This document shows, piece by piece, positions 19,358-28,272 of a stretch of DNA of 28,272 nt (position 1 is its first letter; the number at the start of each line of letters is the position of its first letter). The notes under the pieces were generated by a model. That model made no database searches, was not told the DNA's origin, and was given only the letters and a program-made list of their open reading frames with translations. Source of the stretch: Chloroflexota bacterium. GTDB taxonomy: Bacteria; Chloroflexota; Limnocylindria; Limnocylindrales; Limnocylindraceae. The position numbers were made by a program, and so were the translations under genes. Where the stretch lies: the NCBI GenBank assembly GCA_016463555.1, contig JAEMRB010000001.1, positions 1 to 28,272 of the forward strand, read 5' to 3'.

Positions 19358-21272
19358 CGAAGAAGTTCCCGCGCGACAAAAGCCCCGCAGAGCGATAGTC
19401 CCGCTTCAGGTCGTACTGCAGCTGCAGGTAATACTTCGTCACCTCTTTCGCCGCATTGCCGACAGTGTTGGTGCCATGCATGAAGACCACATAGGCGAAG
19501 TCGGAGTCGCTCTTTGACCAATCGTTCGTTGGGGCGACAAATCCGCCCATCCAGTTGTGGTACGGCAGCCGGCCAAGGCTGTCACGAACGCCGTACTGCG
19601 CGGTACCGCTCTTCGCCGAAACGAAGAGCGGCATTCGCGAGATCCCTTGCGACGGCCCAGGGTTCAGCGCCATCTTGCGGCCGGAGAGGCGCATCTCGCG
19701 ATAGGTGGACTCTCTCATTCCAACTTCAGCATTTGCTACCGGTGCAATCGGCGTGATGTTTCCATTTGGCTGCGTGATGTGGAGCACAACGTGTGGCCTC
19801 CAGAGTGTGCCGCTGTTTGCAAGCGCGGCAAACGAGTTGAGCACTTGGATCGGCGTCACCAAGTCGTACCCTTGCCCTTGCGCTGATTGCAGCACCTCAG
19901 CGTTGTAGAGCCCGCGATTGATGGTGGCGCGGGCCCACGCCTGGTCGGGGACGAGCCCCGAGATCTCACTCGGTAGATCGATACCAGTTGGCGCACCGAA
20001 GCCCCACTGTCGACCACATGTTGCAAGTCGATCAATCTTGATGAGTCGTGCGAGTTGGAATGTCACCACATTGGAGCTCCACGAATACGCTTCAGATGGT
20101 GTCAGTGAACCGCCAAATCCCACACGATTCCACTCATAAAACTTCTCACCGTCTACTTCGAGATAGGCGGTGGATTGGAATCGCGATGTTGGTGTGACGA
20201 GGTTGTTGTCGAGCGCACAGGAGTACGTCACAAGTTTGTACGTACTCCCCGGAGGGAAGTATGAGCCAACCGTATGGTTCAGCAGCGGCGAGAATTTGTC
20301 CGCGAGATATTTCTGATACTTCGCGTTGCTGATCCCTGCAGAGAAATCGTTGTTGTCATATGTGGGGAGTGAGGCCATCGCAATGATCTCGCCGTTCTGT
20401 GGATTCATTGAGGCAACGACGCCCTCCTTGGTGCCCGACCCTTTGAGCCCCCACTCCAGCGCGGTCGCTGCGCGCTGTTGCGCCTCAATGTCGATGGTGA
20501 GTGTTAGTGAAGACCCATCAATAGGAAGTTTCGTCACACCGAGAATCCGCACGAGGCGGCCCTTTGCATCAACTTCAACTTGGCGAATTCCTGGTGCACC
20601 GCGAAGGGTCTCCTCATAGCTCGCCTCAACGCCTGAGCGCCCAATGAAATCAACGACGGTGTATCCGGCTGGAGCAAGCGTGCTCGCCTCAACTGCGTCA
20701 ATGCGGCCAACGTAGCCGACGATGTGGCTGATGAGCGTTCCGTACGGATAGACGCGTCGAGCCTCAACAACAGTCTCTACGCCAGGCAGGCTGGCGCGCT
20801 CTTCATTGATGAGCCGCGCGGTGCGCTCGTTCACATTGTTGGCGATGCGAATCGGCTCCCAGAGTGAGCCGGTACTGCGATCAATGAGTGTGGTGATTCG
20901 CACTGGATCTATGTTCAAGATTACTCCGAGTGTTTTCACAACACTCGCGCGAATGGTGAGCGACAGATCACCGGGGCGAATCTGCACCGCGTACACCGCA
21001 ACATTCTTTGCAAGCACGTGCCCACTGCGGTCATACACCAGCCCGCGCGCCGGTGTGATGAGCTCTTCGACAATGCGGTTACCACGCGCAACTGCAGTTG
21101 TTGTGCCCGACGAGGTTGTCGCGCCAAACTGAATGAGCATTAAGCGCCCGCCGAGCCCGCCAAACGTTAGAAGAACGACAAGTGCGGCGGCAAAGAATCG
21201 CAGCGGGCGACGTCGACGAACCTCACGATCGGTTGGTCCACCGCCGCCCGGATAAACCTGAGGGGGTGTCAT
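19350..21272 (-). CDS. mrdA: Class B penicillin-binding protein 2
   Basis: N-terminal TM, PARG..YDR, R.YPYG, G..G.E..YE..LRG, PQNGEI.AM.S.P, PGSTYK (SxxK), SSN (SxN), KSGT; in mreD-mrdA-rodA order. Confidence 0.93.
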   Translation of the reverse strand: MTPPQVYPGGGGPTDREVRRRRPLRFFAAALVVLLTFGGLGGRLMLIQFGATTSSGTTTAVARGNRIVEELITPARGLVYDRSGHVLAKNVAVYAVQIRPGDLSLTIRASVVKTLGVILNIDPVRITTLIDRSTGSLWEPIRIANNVNERTARLINEERASLPGVETVVEARRVYPYGTLISHIVGYVGRIDAVEASTLAPAGYTVVDFIGRSGVEASYEETLRGAPGIRQVEVDAKGRLVRILGVTKLPIDGSSLTLTIDIEAQQRAATALEWGLKGSGTKEGVVASMNPQNGEIIAMASLPTYDNNDFSAGISNAKYQKYLADKFSPLLNHTVGSYFPPGSTYKLVTYSCALDNNLVTPTSRFQSTAYLEVDGEKFYEWNRVGFGGSLTPSEAYSWSSNVVTFQLARLIKIDRLATCGRQWGFGAPTGIDLPSEISGLVPDQAWARATINRGLYNAEVLQSAQGQGYDLVTPIQVLNSFAALANSGTLWRPHVVLHITQPNGNITPIAPVANAEVGMRESTYREMRLSGRKMALNPGPSQGISRMPLFVSAKSGTAQYGVRDSLGRLPYHNWMGGFVAPTNDWSKSDSDFAYVVFMHGTNTVGNAAKEVTKYYLQLQYDLKRDYRSAGLLSRGNFFGE

Positions 21273-21281
21273 ATTCTTGCG

Positions 21282-21761
21282 CTACCCGCGAAGTGATTGG
21301 TCGAATTGGTAGCCCCTGCGTCGACGCTGTCCAAACCAGGCGAGGGCGCTACCAGCCACAAGGTTCAGGACGAGCGCGAGAACGTTCTCACCGATACGGC
21401 CGATCCCTCCGCCGCTGAGCAGGAAGATCGTCACGCTACTCGCTGCCAGCCCAAACAGGAGGGCGACGAATCTCTTGAGGAGCAGGGCGTCGCCAGCACC
21501 ACGAATCTGGCTCGCAACCAGCACACCAGCGACCATCGCAAGGCTCGTAAGCCCAAGTGGCCGCAAGAGGGTGACGTCGATCGTCAACCCGGCCAGAGTT
21601 GCGGCGGCCAGCACGAGCGTGCGCCGATCAGCTGAGGCTGTAACAATCAGCAGTACGATGGGCAGGTTGATCGCGCGCTCCAGCCCGAGTTCGGGCAGGA
21701 GCCGCGCCTGAATGAGCGCGGCAAGCACGATTCCGAGCACGTAGCCGAGTTGCTTGTTCAT
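21282..21761 (-). CDS. mreD: Rod shape-determining protein MreD-like membrane protein
   Basis: 159 aa, ~5 TM, G...D......LG..SL pattern; immediately upstream of mrdA. Start trimmed to ATG 21761 (longer ORF-track version runs through parS and into parA). Assignment rests mainly on synteny and hydropathy. Confidence 0.72.
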   Translation of the reverse strand: MNKQLGYVLGIVLAALIQARLLPELGLERAINLPIVLLIVTASADRRTLVLAAATLAGLTIDVTLLRPLGLTSLAMVAGVLVASQIRGAGDALLLKRFVALLFGLAASSVTIFLLSGGGIGRIGENVLALVLNLVAGSALAWFGQRRRRGYQFDQSLRG

Positions 21762-21767
21762 TGCCTC

Positions 21768-21773
21768 AGGATA
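21768..21773 (-). promoter_or_regulatory. Candidate -10 element for a leaderless mreD transcript
   Basis: Minus strand TATCCT, 6 nt, ATG (21761); no convincing -35 and no properly spaced RBS. Confidence 0.4.
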
Positions 21774-21815
21774 CTCCCGCAGGCGCCTCGGCGCACCCCC
21801 TGGTCGAACCGCTGT

Positions 21816-21831
21816 TGTTCCACGTGAAACA
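21816..21831. promoter_or_regulatory. parS centromere-like site (ParB binding)
   Basis: TGTTCCACGTGAAACA, 16/16 match to the widespread chromosomal parS consensus TGTTNCACGTGAAACA, 46 bp upstream of parA. Confidence 0.95.
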
Positions 21832-21862
21832 TGCCTCGCGGAACTCCGCCGTAGCCCCCTCC

Positions 21863-21875
21863 TGCTACGATAGCA
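21863..21875. promoter_or_regulatory. Palindromic bidirectional extended -10 element
   Basis: TGCTA-CGA-TAGCA reads TG-C-TACGAT on + (6 nt before parA GTG at 21878) and TG-C-TATCGT on - (toward mreD). Confidence 0.55.
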
Positions 21876-21877
21876 GC

Positions 21878-22699
21878 GTGAATACCACCACCCAGCACCC
21901 TGCCGGATCACACGCGCCGATCATCGTGTGCGCGAACCAGAAGGGCGGGGTTGGCAAGACCACCACTGTGCTCAACCTCGCTGCTGAGCTCGCCCACGCA
22001 GGGCGTCGCGTGCTCGTGGTCGACCTTGACCCGCAGCGAAACCTCACCAGTGGCCTCGGATTCACCCTTCCTGAAGGCGCGCCGACCGCCTACGACCTCC
22101 TTGTTGGGCGCCGACCGGCGACGGAACTGGCCCAGCCGACCTCGATTCCGAACCTCACGCTCATTCCGGGCTCTGCCGACCTCGCCGGGATCGACGTTGA
22201 GCTCGCCACAGGGGACGAGAGTGGCGAGCGCCAGCTTGCGGTCGGCCTCCGCAGCGCAGGGGATGCCGAGGTAATCCTCGTGGACACCCCCCCTTCGCTC
22301 GGCCTGGTTACCGTGAGTGCCCTCGCGATCGCCGATGCCGTGCTTGTTCCTGTGCAGTGCGAGTACTACGCCCTGGAGGGGCTCTCGCAGCTCATGGCCA
22401 CGATTCGCCTCGTGCGGGAGCGTCTCAACCCCGCCTTAGAGGTGAATGGCCTCCTCTTGACCATGCTTGATCCCCGCACGAAACTTGGCAGCGACGTGGT
22501 GCGCGAGGTGGAGAGCCACTTCGGGGATCTGGTCTATCGAGCCCGTGTGCCGCGTTCGGTACGCTTAGCGGAGGCGCCAAGCCACGGGATTGCGATCCGA
22601 AGTTACGCGCCAGGCACCTCGGGTGCTGAATCGTACGCACAAGCTGCAGCGGAATTCGATGCCCGGGTGTTCAACGGAACCCCTGTAGGCGCCAGCTAG
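21878..22699 (+). CDS. parA: Chromosome partitioning ATPase ParA/Soj
   Basis: NQKGGVGKTTT deviant Walker A, VDLDPQ.NLTSGLG, VDTPPSLG, PVQCEYYALEGL, TMLD.RT, PRSVRLAEAPSHG. Start set to GTG 21878: the longer ORF-track version translates parS itself (FHVKH). Confidence 0.95.
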   Translation: MNTTTQHPAGSHAPIIVCANQKGGVGKTTTVLNLAAELAHAGRRVLVVDLDPQRNLTSGLGFTLPEGAPTAYDLLVGRRPATELAQPTSIPNLTLIPGSADLAGIDVELATGDESGERQLAVGLRSAGDAEVILVDTPPSLGLVTVSALAIADAVLVPVQCEYYALEGLSQLMATIRLVRERLNPALEVNGLLLTMLDPRTKLGSDVVREVESHFGDLVYRARVPRSVRLAEAPSHGIAIRSYAPGTSGAESYAQAAAEFDARVFNGTPVGAS

Positions 22700-22714
22700 T
22701 AATAAGGAGGGAGC

Positions 22715-25560
<2,846 letters not shown>

Positions 25561-25574
25561 GAGGCGATGAGAGC

Positions 25575-28272
25575 ATGAGCGACGAGGCACGAGTGAGCGT
25601 CCGTTCGATTCGCATCGAAGACGAGATGCGAACGAGCTATCTCGATTACGCGATGAGCGTGATCGTGGCGCGCGCACTCCCCGACGTTCGCGACGGCCTC
25701 AAGCCGGTACACCGCCGCATCTTGTACACGATGGGCGAGATGGGCCTCTCTGGCGGCTCCGCCTATCGCAAGTGCGCCGCCATCGTCGGCGAGGTGATGG
25801 GCAAGTACCACCCACACGGCGACGGCGCCCTCTACGACGCACTCGTGCGACTTGCACAAGACTTCTCCATGCGTCATCCGCTCGTTGATGGCCAAGGAAA
25901 CTTCGGTTCGGTTGACGGTGACTCCGCCGCTGCGATGCGCTACACCGAGGCACGCCTCACCTCAATCGCCGGTGAGATGCTCGCCGACATCGATCACGAA
26001 ACTGTCGACTTCACGCCGAACTACGACGGCACGCAGAAGGAGCCAAGCGTTCTCCCTTCGCGCCTACCGAACCTGCTCGTCAACGGCTCCTCTGGTATTG
26101 CCGTCGGCATGGCGACGAACATTCCACCGCACAACCTTGGCGAGATCGCCGACGCCGCCATCGCCCTGATCGCTGACCCTGAACTCTCCGTCGACGATCT
26201 CTGCAAGTACGTCAATGCGCCAGACTTCCCAACCGGCGGCATCCTCTATCGCTACGACACCATCAAGAATCCACTCACTGGCGCAACGGAACGCATTGAT
26301 GCGGTGCGACAGATGTACGCGCACGGACGCGGCCGCGTTGTTGTTGACGGCGCGACGCACTTTGAAGAGGCGTCGCGTGGCGATCGCACGGCGATCATCA
26401 TCACCGAGCTGCCGTACCAGGTAAACAAGGCATCGCTCGTTGAGAAGATTGCGGACCTCGTCAAAGAGGAGCGCCTCGATGGTATCGCCGACCTGCGCGA
26501 CGAGTCTGACCGCGACGGCATGCGCGTCTACGTTGAGGTCAAGAAGGATGCGAATCCACATAAGGTGCTCAACAAGCTGTTGAAGCTCACCCCGCTGCGC
26601 TCTGCATTCAGCATGAACATGCTCGCGCTCGTCGATGGGCAGCCGCAGACCCTCTCGCTGAAGTCAGTACTGCAGCACCACATTGACCACCGCCGCATCA
26701 TCGTGCGACGCCGCACCGAATACGAACTAAAGAAGGCACGTGAGCGCGCCCACATCCTTGAAGGGCTCAAGATCGCCCTCGACAATCTTGATGCGGTCAT
26801 CAAGACGATTCGTGCCGCAGCCGACGTTGATGTCGCACGCACCCATCTCATGGAGCGCTTCAAGCTCACCGAGCTGCAGGCGCAGGCGATTCTCGACATG
26901 CGCCTTGCCCGCCTCGCCGCCCTCGAGCGCAAGAAGATTGAGGACGAATATCTCGAAGTGATCAAGTTCATCGCCGAACTCGAAGACATCCTCTCTCGAC
27001 CGGCGCGCATCTCCAAGATCATCTCGGATGAGTTCGCCAAGCTGAAGGAGAAGTTCGCCGATCGACGTCGCACCAAGATCGCCCAAGATGCAACGCGCGA
27101 GATGTCGGACGAGGACCTGATCGCCGATGAAGATGTGGTGATCACCATCTCCGGCCGCGGCTACATCAAGCGCCAGCCGCTCACCACCTATCGCCAGCAG
27201 CATCGCGGCGGCAAGGGCGTGATCGGCATGACCACGCGCGAAGAGGATGCGGTCGCCACGCTGCAGGTCGCGAACACCCACGATTACGCCCTCTTCTTCA
27301 CCAACAAGGGGCGCGGCTTCAGCGCCAAGGTGCACGAGATCCCTGACGCCTCGCGACAGAACAAGGGGATCCCGATCGTCAATCTTCCAGGGGTGCAGGT
27401 GGAGTCGGGCGAGACCCCGGTCGCGACGATCATCCTGAACGGCTTCACACCAGGCAGCTACCTCGCCTTCTCCACGAAGAAGGGGATCATCAAGAAGACG
27501 GCAATTGAGCAGTTCGAGAAGGTCCGCTCCACCGGCATCATCGCCATCACCCTGGATAAGGGCGATGAGCTCGCCCAGGTGATTCAGACCTCGGGCGAAG
27601 ATGACCTGGTCATGGCCACCCGCCAGGGGCGCATCTGCCGCTTCCACGAGCGCGAGGCACGCGCCATGGGCCGGACCGCTGGTGGCGTGATCGGCATTCG
27701 ATTGGCCCGCCAGGGTGACCTTGTCGTTGCCATGGCCGTGGCAGAGCCTGGTGCCGACCTCCTTGTCCTTACGGAGACCGGCCACGGGAAGCGCGTCCCT
27801 GTGGGCGCCTTCGCCCGCAAGCACCGTGGCACCCAGGGCGTCCGCCTGATCCCACTCGAGGGGCGCAAGACCGGCCCTGTTGTGGCCGTACGCCAGGTCA
27901 GCGAGGCCGACGAAGAGGTGATCTTGATCAGCGCTGAGGGGCAGGTCGTGCGCACCAAGCTCGAGAGCATCGCCACCCGCAAGGACGGCAGTGCCCAAGG
28001 GGTGCGCGTGATGACCCTTCGTGAGGGTGACAAGGTCGCTGGGATCGCCGCCTTCCGTACGGGTCTGGCAAAGCGCAACGGCACAGGCGACAATGAGGAC
28101 GAAGCTGACGAGGCTCCAAAGATCGCCAAGGTTGTGAAGGCACCTCGCCCAACAACCAAGGGTGGCACCCCTTCTAAGGGGAAGCCGGTCGCAAAGGGGA
28201 AGCCAGCAGCGAAGTCAAAGCCGGTCGCAAAGGGGAAGCCAGCAGCGAAGTCAAAGCCGGTCGCAAAGGGGA
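25575..28272 (+). CDS. gyrA: DNA gyrase subunit A (3' end beyond window) with basic repetitive C-terminal tail
   Basis: Not in ORF track; hand-translated open frame from ATG 25575 to the edge (899 codons, no stop): [43 protein letters not shown] (catalytic Tyr), GyrA-box QHRGGKG at 27198-27218 (gyrase, not ParC), beta-pinwheel blades. Confidence 0.97.
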   Translation, partial: MSDEARVSVRSIRIEDEMRTSYLDYAMSVIVARALPDVRDGLKPVHRRILYTMGEMGLSGGSAYRKCAAIVGEVMGKYHPHGDGALYDALVRLAQDFSMRHPLVDGQGNFGSVDGDSAAAMRYTEARLTSIAGEMLADIDHETVDFTPNYDGTQKEPSVLPSRLPNLLVNGSSGIAVGMATNIPPHNLGEIADAAIALIADPELSVDDLCKYVNAPDFPTGGILYRYDTIKNPLTGATERIDAVRQMYAHGRGRVVVDGATHFEEASRGDRTAIIITELPYQVNKASLVEKIADLVKEERLDGIADLRDESDRDGMRVYVEVKKDANPHKVLNKLLKLTPLRSAFSMNMLALVDGQPQTLSLKSVLQHHIDHRRIIVRRRTEYELKKARERAHILEGLKIALDNLDAVIKTIRAAADVDVARTHLMERFKLTELQAQAILDMRLARLAALERKKIEDEYLEVIKFIAELEDILSRPARISKIISDEFAKLKEKFADRRRTKIAQDATREMSDEDLIADEDVVITISGRGYIKRQPLTTYRQQHRGGKGVIGMTTREEDAVATLQVANTHDYALFFTNKGRGFSAKVHEIPDASRQNKGIPIVNLPGVQVESGETPVATIILNGFTPGSYLAFSTKKGIIKKTAIEQFEKVRSTGIIAITLDKGDELAQVIQTSGEDDLVMATRQGRICRFHEREARAMGRTAGGVIGIRLARQGDLVVAMAVAEPGADLLVLTETGHGKRVPVGAFARKHRGTQGVRLIPLEGRKTGPVVAVRQVSEADEEVILISAEGQVVRTKLESIATRKDGSAQGVRVMTLREGDKVAGIAAFRTGLAKRNGTGDNEDEADEAPKIAKVVKAPRPTTKGGTPSKGKPVAKGKPAAKSKPVAKGKPAAKSKPVAKG
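28182..28272 (+). repeat. Perfect 36-bp in-frame tandem repeat ([12 protein letters not shown])n in gyrA tail
   Basis: Unit AAGCCGGTCGCAAAGGGGAAGCCAGCAGCGAAGTCA at 28182-28217 and 28218-28253 (identical), third copy partial 28254-28272, cut by window end. Confidence 0.95.

Noticed and set aside
20932-20940. DnaA-box-like GTTTTCACA
   Set aside because: Single 8/9 match inside mrdA with no cluster or AT-rich unwinding element.
21758-21832. 24-codon minus-strand uORF MFHVEQQRFDQGVRRGACGSILRQ whose stop overlaps the mreD ATG
   Set aside because: Its start and first codons are just the parS sequence, there is no well-spaced RBS, and it shows no resemblance I can recognise to an MreC C-terminus; likely incidental. 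Ribosome profiling would settle it.

Overview
High-GC, very compact bacterial core-genome window with near-zero intergenic spacing and many ATGA/TGATG/TAATG gene overlaps. Lineage is an inference, not a search result: gene order rplU-rpmA-rpmE-DUF1385-prfA-prmC, short GyrB with EGESAGG and PrmC with NLPY look like a streamlined Chloroflexota (possibly Limnocylindria-like). The left ~21.8 kb is one minus-strand run: mreD-mrdA-rodA, rplU-rpmA-rpmE-DUF1385-prfA-prmC-Cof HAD-glyA-(WecA/TagO-like GT4)-atpI/Z,B,E,F,H,A,G,D,C, then murA-mreB(mbl)-PHP hydrolase-UPF0104/LPG-synthase-TM protein (truncated at the left edge). The right ~6.4 kb is a plus-strand parA-parB-gyrB-gyrA run (gyrA runs off the right edge). 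The two runs diverge from a 116-bp spacer holding a perfect parS (TGTTCCACGTGAAACA) and a palindromic two-way extended -10 element. I found no mobile element, CRISPR array, tRNA/rRNA or defence system, and no clearly new multi-gene system. Best leads: (1) the parS-centred bidirectional hub linking elongasome genes to a coupled parAB-gyrBA operon; (2) a histone-H1-like Lys/Pro/Ala tail on GyrA encoded by a perfect 36-bp tandem repeat, echoed by a similar tail on L21; (3) several atypical residues in normally conserved motifs (MurA Cys115->Asp, GyrA Ser83->Gly, GyrB Asp426->Glu, MreB phosphate-2 Asp->Asn, GT4 MGD->MGT). All motif comparisons are from recalled family knowledge, not alignments run here.
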